DNA from: Mesotaenium endlicherianum
Lineage: Eukaryota
Length of the DNA stretch: 64,000 nt
NCBI GenBank assembly: GCA_009602735.1
Contig: WELA01003517.1
Span: 705,473-769,472 of the forward strand
Direction: 5' to 3'
Shown: one piece after another, positions 1 through 11,587 of the stretch
How the letters are laid out: every line of letters begins with the position of its first letter
Position numbering within the stretch: the first letter of the stretch is position 1
Program-made: the position numbers and the translations under genes
The notes under the pieces: model-generated
The model's input: only the letters and a program-made list of their open reading frames with translations
What the model was told of the DNA's origin: nothing
Database searches by the model: none

Positions 1-475
1 GGCATGCAGGCTAACTTTGTACAGACAACTGTCTGCATGCTACACTCATATGCGGTTCAGCAGAATGGCAAATTTTTACATTAAATGTGCTACTTCGCAT
101 CTTACGGAGGCCTTTTCCAAGCTTTAATGATCACAACCTGTGTACTCCCCACTCACGGTACTCCTCTTGCAGTCAGTCCAATCTCTGCTGGTTCATCATT
201 TCGTAGTCTCAGACACTAATTTGCAGGCTTTCACACTTGTGTACCATTCAGAGCATGTGTTATCAACATTTACACTCCAACTAATCTGCAGTTTTGTGCA
301 ATAATTGTGATGATTGGACCGCCTCATATTGTCTATGGCACCTACCTGTACATAGGAAACTCGTGCATGTACCATGTTAATCTACCATTGGGACTCTCAT
401 ACACTACACAAACCTCACGCGATTATTCCCACATGTGTGATATAGGACACTAATCCGCGTCTCTGCAAGCTGCGC

Positions 476-3387
476 CTACCACCTATTGGGATACGCCTCC
501 CGGTACTGACGGTCTTCGTCCCTGTTGATCTGGGCAACAGTCGCGTCCTTCACCTTCACATTCAGCAGCTTCTTGGCAACCCTGTCTTTTGCGGTCGGCT
601 TCTTCTTCAGCATGGCCGACAAGCTGGTGCCCTGCTGGCCCCGCCGGCTCCTTCGCCCCCCCGCAGCTGCAGCTGCCTCGCCCCCTTCCCCGCCGTCGAT
701 GCCGAGCATCTCCTCAAAGCCCTGGGCCGTGCCCGCAAGCGCGGAGCCTCTCAGGACGGCATCATTGTGCTCCCTCACTTCGCGCGCTCTCTGCCGCGAG
801 GCCCCCCCGCCGCGCTGCCTCTTTCTCCGGGCCGCCTCCTCGTCCTCCCCCGCCCTCCGCCGCACGTTTGCCACTGCCTGCTTGGCAGCGCGTGCAAGCA
901 CTTCCTCCACGCTCTCCCCCTCGCAGCCAGTACCACGCGCCTCGCCCACGGCGCTCTTCTCGTGCTCGGTGTGCACTATGCCGCTGCCGCCTGGCCTGCT
1001 GGGAGCAGCCCCCCTTGCTGTTGCTGCAGCCCTGCGAGTGCTTGAGCTTGGCTGAGCTTCTACAGGCTGGCCCTTGGCGTCCCTGGGGACTATGGGGCCG
1101 TGCATGGGGCACTTGCGCAAGTCTCGGCGCTGGCAGAAGCCTCCGCTCTTGAGGGGAGCCCCGCAGGGCTGCCCCGGGTGCGTGCTGAGGGGCTGGTAGT
1201 AGCTGGCCTGCATGTGCATGTCGCGCACCATGTCAGCCGGCATGCACGCGTCGTGGTCCACCCTCCCCCAGTGGTTGTCCACCAGCAGCCCGCGTGCGTT
1301 GACTGGCACATGCTCTTCTGCGCCCCAGTGGTCCAGGTGGGCTCCCCACGCGACAGCTGGCGCCTCCTGCATCAGCTTCTGCTTGAGCGCATCCGCCTCG
1401 GAGGCTTGCCCGCTGCTACGGCCAGGACCGCTTTCCCCTCCGCTGCCAGCTGGCGCAGCGCCTTGCCCTCGCTCCTCTCTCCCCCTGCCGCCGCCGTCCG
1501 CAGGCGTCGCATCTTCCAATGCCACATTAGCTCCGCCTGCTTCCACATCCAGCTCCCAAGCCTCTGCCAGGTCAGCACCGCCGCCAACGCCACCTGACTC
1601 GCCCAGAAGCGGTCCGCTTTCCCACTCGACATCCTCCATGGCGGCGTCGAGCTCGTCCTCCCCTCTGGAGCCACCCCCCCCAGGTCCCTCCTCCTCCGAA
1701 AGTGGGGGGAGGAGGCCCAGATCCTGGCACCTGGCGCACATGCGCTGCATCTCGTTCCGCAGGTCAATCACCTCCTTGAGCAGCGTGTCGCGCTCGGCCC
1801 TCTCGCTTTGCGGCGGCTCTGCGCGCGCGAGCACGTGCAGCCACTCCAGGACCGCAGGCAGGTGGCGCAGCACCAGCGGCCGGTGCAGCTCGCGCAGGCT
1901 CTCCAGCACCGCCGGATTTTCCGCCACTTCCCGCCCGGCCGCCTCCGCCGCCTCCGCCTGCCTCTCCGCCTCCCTCAGGCCCCTCAGCCCATACTCCTCC
2001 TCCTCCTCCTCCTCCTCATCTCCCTCACCCCCAAACATGTCTTGTGAGCTTGGGCAAGCGCCAACACCCGAGCTGGGTGCACCCATGGACACCTGGTGCT
2101 GACCTAGCTGCTCGTCTCGCTCTCCACACACGCCACCGCCACCGGCAGCCGCCTCCGGCACTGCTCCGGCGCCACCTGGCGCCTCCCCAGCAGCCCCCGC
2201 GTCCCCCCCCGCCAGGGTGGGCCGCAGGATGTCGAAGCACTGCCGCATCTGCTCCAGGGAGGACAGCAGCTCCGCGCGTGCGTCGGGGTAGCTGGCGCGC
2301 AGCTTCTCGTACTTGGCGCGGTACAGGGCCTGCACGCGCGCCTGCCTCTCGCGGCGCCGCCGCTCCTCCTCCGCAGCCCTCTCCCTCAGCCCGGGGAACT
2401 GCAGGTGGAGCACGTGCCGCAGGTAGCGGTAGCCCAGGCGGACCTGCCGGTAGTGCTCCCCGAACGCGTCGTTCCACCGCTCCAGCGTCTCGATGGCCGT
2501 CTTGCGCAGGAGCTTCGCGCGGGCGGCGGGCGGCGGCAGCGGGAGGTCGGTGCGGTAGCCCACCGTGAGCTGCAGGAAGCTCTCCAGGGAGGGCGCAAGG
2601 AGCGCGCGGAAGGCGCGCGAGCGCATGAACAGCACGTCGGCCGTCAGCAGCGCCATGTACCGCACCTGGCAGCATGCCCCCCCCCCNGGAAGCGGTCGAT
2701 GCGCTCGCGGCTCTTCGTGCTCCTGGCCTGGCCTCGCCCCCGGCCCACCCGCAGCACACCGCCACATGAACGAGCCCTTGCGTGTGAGGGAGAGGTGAAG
2801 GCAAAGGAGAAAGAGGGAGGGAACGAGACAGATAGAAATACAGCGCCTGTGCTACCCAGAGAGAGCCACAGATGTACCGTCACTACACTGCCCCTCTCCC
2901 CCCCACCCCTTCCCCATCCTCGACCCCGCAACTTGCCCGCCCGCAAGGCTTGTTCAGGTCAAACCAGCTACTGCTCAGCTCAAGTGCTGGTCCTCACCTG
3001 GGAATCGAAGCATGCCAGTGGTGCCCTAGGAGGCTGGGGCAAGAGCTGCAACGGCACCTGCGTGTGTGAACACCCTTCGTCTGACTGCATGACTCTGGTT
3101 ATGCTTCATGCAAAGATCCGTACCGTGCAAATCCGAATGTGCAAGTGTGGACCCCCGCCAACGACCTGCGTGTAACCAGACTTGTTGCAAGGGGGATATG
3201 GTTGTACCTGAGCATGATTCTTCACGAACTTCCCTTGCAGAAACTCGAATATGCTGCGGATGTTGTCGTCGGACTGACGACCAAAACTCTTGAGAGCCTT
3301 GAGCTTCCCTGCGTCAAGCTCCAACCCCGTGTTGCTCGTGATGGCATCTATGAGCTCGCTGACCTTCTCTCTGTCCCTAAAATCCAT
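476..3387 (-). CDS. UVSSA: UV-stimulated scaffold protein A homolog (transcription-coupled NER); exons 3387-3208, 2665-476
   Basis: GT-AG phase-0 intron joins MDFRDREKVSELID...KNHAQ to VRYMALLTADVLFMRSRAFR (VHS-like N-terminus). The C-terminal region has the UVSSA motifs NHWG and CGAPLKSGGFCQRRDLRKCPMHGPIVPRD. Confidence 0.9.
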
Positions 3388-3923
3388 ACTGTGGTTGAGG
3401 ACATGAATTACAACAGGAGAATTGCTCAGGGCGCAAATTCAGAGCATAACAACCGAGTCAACCCACTGCTATACCAGAGAACGAGTCTATAACTTTGAAC
3501 AATTTTAGCTTGTATAAGATTTACCACTGAGGGAAGCAGTGGGTACAGCGGTACTGAGTGGGTGAAGTGGGATTAATTTATGAACTTTCGGGGCACTCTC
3601 TCAGGAAGTCCTCAGAGCTGACAGCAACGGTAGCATTTGTGCATGGAGGAAAGGAGAGACCAAGTCGTGAGTTAGGACGCGACAACTGGCAATATAACCG
3701 ACTTCGTATTCTGTACGCCTTCCTTCGGAGTTGAAACCACTTGAAAGCTTTCGAACGAACTCGTTCTGACATGCATGCACTCTCACCCAATAAAGCGGGA
3801 TAAAGAAGCTGCACAGGCACATGGTTACCGCCTGCATGACAGCGGACAGTATTTTCATGCACTTGTCTTTAAGATGCAATCAGTTTGAAAAATCACCTCC
3901 TTCGAGAGTAACGGTGGTCAGCA

Positions 3924-6900
3924 ATGAAGGCCCTTTTCTGCGAACCTGATGGAACTCGGCAGACCTTCTTCATGCCTGCAAGAAAAGAGGATCCCGTATA
4001 CGAAGACGAGAGAGACCGCTTGAAGAGGTTGATAGAGGTGTATGGTGGTATATGGAGTAATTTTAGATGTGCGGACGGAAAGACCGTGTATGAGCTGGTT
4101 GAGGATGTTCATGATGTCAGCCATGACGCAGCTCTGCGAGGCCAGGTGAAGCATCTCCCTTGTTCTCCAGAAGTTTCTCACATTGCACAACTTTGACTTG
4201 ATGAAGGCCCCTCCTCCTAGACACACTCCACACGTGAAAGATACCCAGTCTACAAAATATGGAGGACGAGCCCCTGGCTGGTGATACGGGGTGTGACAAT
4301 GGAACCCCTCCTGAAGGTACACATTAAAGGCTACAACCTTAAACAGCCCACAGAAAGCTGGGATGAGTTTTGGGCCTCGCTTGGCGACTTTTTTTTTTTG
4401 TAAGTGCTTGCAGTCTCAGGCATGTTACGTATATCAGAGGGTTTGGCCATCTCCTGCTAGCATATACTCGTTCAAGTCTATGCAGCTGACAAACTGGTGT
4501 TGACATACGTATGGCGCCTCTCGCCTCTCGTTTGGAAGAGGTCTTGTCGCAGCGAAAGGCCGAAACAGTGGCACGTCGGTTCTTCCTGTGGGTTGACGCA
4601 GGTGTTCCTGCTCTCGAAGTACGTGGACAAGTGCGTGGAGTACAGCCGGCCGCTATCGAAGGACACCTACGTTGTGAAGAAGAAGCGGCCGTACCACAGG
4701 TTCACGCTCGAGCACGACGGGGAGATCGAGCGCCACGTGGCCGCCGCTCTGGAGCAAGACCCCGAGGTCTCCCTGAAGGGCAACACCTTCTGGCAGGAGG
4801 CGGAAGTGTCGCTCGGCATCGGGCACCCCTGGTCGTCCATCAAGGACCGCTACATGAAGCATCTGAGGCCGGAGATCGAAGCGCGCGCAGAACAAAACAG
4901 GGGGGAGCCAGCGGGTGCTGTCAGGCGCGGGGCGGCGCCAGGCAGCGGCGGCGGCGGCAGGCAGCTTCCAGCAGCTATGCGACCGCCAGCTGGGCAGCTC
5001 CGAGAAGAGGCTGGGGAGGGCGGCACCAGCAGCAGCGGAGAAGGGCAAGCTTCAGAGGGAGCGCCGCAGGATGACAGCTGGCAGCCAGCGAGGGCGGCAG
5101 AGGTAGGCGGGGACAGGAGGGGCTCCGATGGGCTCTCAGGCGGAGAGGCTGCTGCTGCTGCTGCCAGCCGGGATCCGCGCGCACGAAAGAGGCAGGCAGC
5201 GCGCTCGCCAGCCTTGGAGACTCAGCCTCAGTTCGACACGCGGCCCCGATATAGAGCAGCAGATGCGGAGCAAGCGGGGCCGCCCGCAGGGAGGCGCAGG
5301 GATGTGGCCAGAGGCGCGGGTGGCCAGAGGGGCGGCAGCCGTGAACTTGCGGGGGCGGCTGGTGGCGCCGGGCCATCGCCCCGCGGCCGGCAGAAGCAGG
5401 CCTTGCATGTCGACCTCCACTTTGACGGTGACGTGCGCGTGTCCGTGCGGGGTGATGGCGCACCTGGAGTGGACAGCGAAGAAGGAGGAGGAGGGGTTGT
5501 GGATGCGATGCAGGAGGCAGCAGCAGCAGGAGTGGCAGCAGCAGGGGGAATTGTCAGGGCTGCTCTTGCTCACCAGGGCTCTGATGGCACAGGCGAGGGG
5601 CGAGAGGGGGCAGTGCAGGGAGGAGCTGCTGGGGGAGGTGGCGCGCATGCTTCTGAGACGCGCGGGGGAAGTGGGGGTGCTGGGGGTGGGGACCGCGTGG
5701 AGCCCTCAAGGAGGCAGCGGGCAGAGGTGCCGGCCAGGTCAGCGCTAGGTGGCGGCAGTGACCACGGCGATGGTGTGCCGGAGCATGCCGGGGACGAGAG
5801 AGGCGGCCATTCTTCTGGAGAGGAGGGTGGGCGGGAGCAGGGGCCGTCGCCTTTGCCGCGTAGAGAGGGGGGGCACGTTACGAGGAGGAGGCGCAAGGTG
5901 CGCACATGTGGCGCCTTTGCCATCGTCGAGGAGCGACCTGGGTCGGAGGGCGAGGACGGGCTCGAGAATCCGAGGGAGGCGAAAAGAAGCCGTAGCGGGC
6001 CTGGGGAGGTGCCTGCTGGCAGCGACGCAGAGGCTGAGCAGGAGAGGGCCGGGCCCCGAGGCCAGGAGCACAGTCCTGCGGGAGCAGAGCTTGCGGGGCT
6101 GCAGCCGCGGCAGCTGCAGCGCCTGCAGGAAGTGGTCACGGCTGTGGCCCTGCTGATGGATATGGTGAGGCCTGCTCTTCTTAGCCTGCTTGTATCACTG
6201 TCAGCCCTGCACCTGGCACTCCCCCACCTTGCGGCTCAGGGTGGTTATACTGTGCGTATTAAGGTAAGACTTTCTCCTGCTGTGTGTCTGCAGGTGCCTG
6301 TTTAGAAGCCTCTCTGAGTGGGCATGCTCTCTTGTTGCAGTTGTGTGCGGCAGTGATGCTGCAAGGTAACAGCGGAATCAGCACTGGGAGAGGGGTAGGC
6401 TGACAAGGTGTTGGTCCTGACTTGTGGTTGACAAGACGGGGGCCTCCTGGGAGGAAGTGATGAAAGCTCTGGAAGACACATCGTCGGACTACCCAGCTAC
6501 TGTGGCCCTTCTTCGAGCATCTAAGAGCACAGGTATTGCTTCTGCTCGTGGGGTGGGTCTGCTGTGCCTCTTCAGCAACTGTTGCCCTAGGGCCTCAACA
6601 ATCGATTGCTGTCCCTGCTGCTGCTACTGCTGCTGCTGCTGCTACTGCCGATGCTGATGCCGATGCTTAGCTTGACAAGAAGTTTGCTAGATTTGATGAG
6701 GGTCAAGGCGTCGTGTAGGGTCGAAATAGTGGCGAGAGCAGTCTCAAGGGCTTGCTCGCTGACTGGCGGTGGCAATGGTGGTGGTGGTGGTGATGCTCCC
6801 TGCGAGGCAGCTGGGGTGAGGGCGGATGCGCTGAGGCCGTGGAGCCTCAGGGAGGACCGCGTTTTGCTGGCGCACTTCAGAGGCGACCGCGGCGGCAATC

Positions 6901-7001
6901 TGCGATTGCCCACTGACAAGATCGTGGCCGTCCGTGGTCAGCGGAGTGTGGACCTCCGCCTCCAGTTCTTGACAACTGGCATCCGAGAGCCCAGCTTGTG
7001 A
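3924..7001 (+). CDS. RAP1: RAP1/TERF2IP-like telomeric protein (BRCT - Myb - long linker - RCT), ~690 aa; exons 3924-4145, 4602-6164, 6436-6532, 6811-7001
   Basis: All introns are GT-AG with consistent phases (2073 nt including stop); the last two acceptors were chosen by phase and homology. BRCT-like LFCEPDGTRQTFFM...RLKRLIEVYGG...FLLSKYVDKCVE; Rap1-type Myb FTLEHD...KGNTFWQEAE...HPWSSIKDRYMKHLR; RCT-like EEVMKALEDTSSDYPATVALL...GVRADALRPWSLRED...RGQRSVDLRLQFL. Confidence 0.85.
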
Positions 7002-8638
7002 GGGACGGGGTGCAGTTGGGAGGAGGCTGGGGCAGCCATCTATTCCTATGTAGGGAGTTGTGCACATTGAGGAATGGACGGTCGTGCTTAGATGATTGTA
7101 CATACTTTGAAAGTAGAGCGGCTCTGTACAGAAATGACCTGCAGTTGGCATGTTGATTCCTTCAGATGTGTAGTGTCTTAGAAGGAGGTGAATGAGGGTG
7201 TAGCCTTTATGGGGCATGCAACGTGCCGAACGGGTGTAGTTGTGAATTTGCTGATATCGATCTGTACAAGCTAGATGCAGGAGATCATCAAATAAAAATA
7301 CCCCCCTCTCCGTCATTTGGGTTGGCACCCCTATTTACCTCGTTTGATAAGGAGGGGAACGAGATAAACGGTGATGTAAGACAATTGTTTAAACAATTGC
7401 CTTGACCATGTTACCCAGGAGTAGTCACTCCTCCAGTCCTATGTTTTGTCTGCCGCAAGAATCATTCTCAGTTGTGCAGCGTGATTGTAACTATGAGAGG
7501 TTGAGACATGCGCCTCAGCAGTGGACCTCCATGGGAACCATTTCCTGAGGCATTCACGCTACAATACCCACAACTATATCCGTGCAAAGTGCTTCTTAGA
7601 CTATGAACAGATGTGCAGGTGTGGTCACCTGTAATCAGTGTATGTAAATAAACGAGTTTGCTTCTTGACTGCAATGGCAAACAGTTCGAATAATAACACC
7701 TATATCTTGTGAGGTTGTGGTGGATACCAAGTGGGTGCGCAGTATGGAGTCTTCTTTTTTCCTGCTCTTGCACGTAAATACACATTGGGATCAAGTGGTA
7801 GCATGGTGACGTCTTCAAGTGTCAACACGTGAAGGAATGCATTGATTGGCCCTCTCACATCCATGTGAAGGTAATCTTGATATAAACTGATGGCTGCTAG
7901 TAAATAGGAAAATGAACTCAAATAAACACCATAGACCCGACTCATGTCACTGATTAAGCGATTCATCTATTCCCTCTGCTTCTTTCATATATAAAGTGAT
8001 GAGCTGCTTAATTTGTGTTGAGCCCCCACAGTCGCGTAAGTTCTGACATGTACTGGTTGCTGCTTATATCACTGAGACAAGATGCCGAGCATGCACGTAC
8101 CTCCTGATGCACGTACCGTCGAACACTCTTCCTACGGCTCTGCATGCCTTGCAGATGGACTGCCTTCCTGCAAGGGCTAACAGATACTGCACTTGGCCGA
8201 GTGTCTGGAGGAGCAGCGCAGCGGTATGAAGGAGGCTGCGACCATGTCTGACAACCAAGGCATTGAGGTACTGTTCATGCAACGAGGATGCCAAGAATGC
8301 CGGGCACGTCAATCCCTCGAGTGTTCACACTTGGTCCTGCTCCTGTGGCTATGCATTTCGGGTTTGGAGGGCAGAGCTGATGCGAAAGATCTCGCAGCTG
8401 AAAGCATGTACGTGTGCACGGTGAAAGTGGGCTTCTCTTTCACAATAAGGGTCGCGAGTCAAGTCCACCAAGGCTGCACAATGCACAAGGAGCAGCCCCT
8501 TCACTTAGCTGGCTTGCAGTAGCCTAACTTTTTTTTTGGGAAAATGAGTGCAAGCTATAGCTGATGCAACTGCCGTCCCATGTAAGAAAAGCAACTGGAG
8601 CACTCGCCAGAGTTTATGTGTCAAGGACAGAGTCTTTC

Positions 8639-10892
8639 TTACGATGGATGCTCGCGATCATCTGACTCTGATGATCTTATAGGCACCCCATTTCCATTGA
8701 CATCTGTCTCTAGCTCTAAGCGCACGCCGGCGGAGTGAGGTTTTAGTCGCTCTCCGAACAAGTCCTCAGAGATCTGCCCATCCTGGGCTTGCTCCTCCCC
8801 ACCACCTAGCTCTACTCGTTGTCGTCCAGCAGCTCGTGACGCATTGCTGTCCCTGACAGACGTTGCTGCTGCCAATGCGCTAGGAGCAGAGGCAGCAGAG
8901 CCCTCGCGAGCCTCAGAGGAGGAGGACGCTGCCTCCTTCACACCGGCCCTGGCGGCTTCGCTGCTCTCTCCGCTCGGCTGGGCCCCCGCATCCATTGCTG
9001 CTCCTGCTGCTGGCTTCGAGCCCGACCACGAGCCTCCGGCGAAGCCTGACCCGGCAGGCTGTGAGTCGCCCAGCAGGCCGCCATACAGGCCGGGGGACCT
9101 CACGCTGCTGAGGTACTGCTTCAGCTTGTCAGTCACTGCAGGCGAGGACGAGGACGCGGCGGAGGCGTCCTTTCCCTGCTGCGGCCCTCCCTTGTCCTGC
9201 TGGCCCTGGCCCTTGCTTTTGGGGATGATGGTGGTCTGCACCAGCGAGTCAAACTTGCCCACCAGGCTGCTGCCCTCCCGCACCCCGATTGGGCCGGGCT
9301 CCGTGCTCACGTCAGCGCCATCCGAGACGCCGACCACGACTGCCAGCTCGCCACCGTACTGGTCCGAGAACGACACGCGCGCCGTCTTGGCCCTCTTGCT
9401 CGGCCGCTGGCCCCCCTCCCCCTCGCTGCTGTCCTCGCTCTTGGCGCTACTTCTGCCCCTGGCCTCCTGGGAGGAGGCCAGCCCGGGGGTGGCCGGGCTC
9501 GGCACCCCCAGACGGTTCAGTATAGTGTTGTACGCCAGGACCGCCGCCGGATCTGCAGGGTCGGGCGGCGCAGGAAGCTCGGCGGGGGGCGTCGCGGCGG
9601 CGGGCGCTGACGAGTGCGCCGCGGCGGGAGGAGCCTTGCGGAGCACATAGGTGCGCGTGGAGGCTGCGAAGCGCAGCGATTGGCCGGCTTCCAGCTCCAC
9701 GGGGACGTCCTTCTTGAGGCGCTCGTTGGACACGAAGGTGCCGTGCACGGACCCCATGTCGATGACGAAGACGCTGCTCCCTCCGCTCGCACGCACGCAC
9801 GCACGCACCACATGGGGAGCCGGCAACCCTGTCAGTGACTCATGCTTGTCTGTCCCGCTGCCCGCCCAGGCCCATGTGCCTGTGGCATATGATGGCACCT
9901 AGTTGATGTTTGACAGAATGCTGCTGGGTCAAGTGAAACACTCCTCCCTCCCACTACCTCCCTCCTCCCTCCGCCCTCCTCAGCAGAACCAGATGTTCTG
10001 AGTTGCAGCGGGACAATGACTGCCTGTCACCTCGCAGTGTTGCATGCAGCGCACTGATATGCCCACACGCGACATGCCTCTGGCGCAATCTGACAGGGGC
10101 ATGCTGTCCCAATCACGACGAATCAGCAAGCACGAATATCGGCGTCCCCGTACCTCCCATTCTTGTGGTGCACGACTGCAGCGTGTTGCCGCGAGACGGA
10201 GGGATGGTCGAGCACAAAGTCGCAAGTTGCCGCTTGGCGCCCAAAGACAGCTCGCTTCCGCTCAATGGGGACGCTGTCCACTGCTACCCCGTCCTGATGG
10301 CACACAGCGGACAGGTGTCGCAGAATGCTGTGAGTAATTGTGGATCAAAGGTGACCCTTCTCCAAACCCAATGGATGCTTTGCGACAACCAGCTTTCCTC
10401 TTTATGGGGGGGGGGGAAAGACAGCCACAAGGTACACGAGACTTTGACCGGCATGTCTGCTAAGAGGATATGAAAGCACATAGCAGCTCACAAGAGGAAT
10501 CATAATCTCAGAGTACGAACCAGAAGTGACATGCATATAGTGCCTGTAAGTGATGTTTGCAGCAGTAGCCTTAAGCAACCATCGCATGAAGAGGCCACCA
10601 ACATGACTTTAACAGTCTTAGGTACCTTGATGACTTCCAGGACGTAAGCGCCAGGCCTCGGATCTGTCGCCCATTCTGGTGGTTGCCAAGTAGATGCACC
10701 GCCACCAGCACTGGCAGACTGTCCAGTTGGGATGCTACCATTAGCAGCTGCCCCTGAGGATGGTGCAGTGCCACGAGGCTGTGGAGGTGCCGGCTGAGGG
10801 GGAGGACGAATGGATGAAGATGAGGCCGTGACATTGAATGGCTCAGCAGATTCTGCTTTTTTGAAGCGATCGAGCGATAATCTATTCAACAT
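8639..10892 (-). CDS. FHA-domain PP1 regulatory protein, NIPP1/PPP1R8-like; exons 10892-10626, 10293-10154, 9773-8639
   Basis: Plant-type N-terminus LDRFKKAESAEPF and WQPPEWA. FHA motifs FGRQ...DHPSVSRQHAAVVHH...IDMGSVHGTF. PP1-docking RVxF motif (RVSF, ~9368-9379) followed by GGELAVVVGVSDGADVSTEPGP. Confidence 0.85.
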
Positions 10893-11587
10893 TTTGGTCG
10901 CATTAAATTGTGAGCGCTACATGCATGCCACAGACTACCTATGAAGCGGATAGTGGATGACAATCATGACTAAGCGGACCTCACGGTATCCCACCACTAC
11001 AAACAATAAGCATGAAAGTTGTGCTCAGGTCTTGTGACTACTGTCTCTTACTCCTTACTTAACGAAACTACAGCGTGGGGAAGACAGCTTTGACATAACC
11101 TCTGACATTCGATTAAGTTATCAATGTGCTATTTTAGTGGTGTCAGAGGGGCACAGCCATGACATGGTTCAGTGCAATTCAGTGAGCATAAAATACAACA
11201 TATTATACATGCATGATGAGAAGATGTGACGATGAAGGCCATTTTGTTACCTTGCTGACATTCTGCGTTTGCCGTGACTGCGCGCGTGCGACACCCGTGC
11301 GACATTTATCCGGATATTACAAGAAATGCGAAGGGCTTGCCCTCCGTGTCACACACTCCCCCCCCTTCTCACCCAACATTAGTTTCTTATATCCTCCCCC
11401 ACTTCAGTCTAACTGCTAAGTGACTTACCAATTTCCGTAGTACATTCTCGTCATTTGGACTCCCTACAGCAGACGAGCATTTGCGTTTCTCCTGCAGGTG
11501 TATAGTCCAAGTCAATTGAGTAGCAGAAGGGGTGCTGGGAGCTCCTCTCCAATTTGCCGTGCAGCTGCATAACACGTTTGCATAGTG

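Noticed and set aside
525..2804. Many long overlapping ORFs antisense or off-frame to UVSSA (similar ones overlap RAP1, URT1 and kinesin)
   Set aside because: Shadow ORFs of GC-rich coding sequence; low complexity and no family motifs.
7996..8046. GTGATGA...CTGA box C/D-like pair
   Set aside because: Only ~50 nt, with no terminal stem and no recognisable rRNA antisense element.
7200..8050. AT-richer stretch with short ORFs between RAP1 and the FHA gene
   Set aside because: No recognisable domain, termini or splice-consistent model. It may be decayed repeat or UTR, but I cannot support a call.
8184..8267. Isolated AG/GT-bounded exon-like segment (ILHLAECLEEQRSGMKEAATMSDNQGIE)
   Set aside because: No partner exons or homology found.
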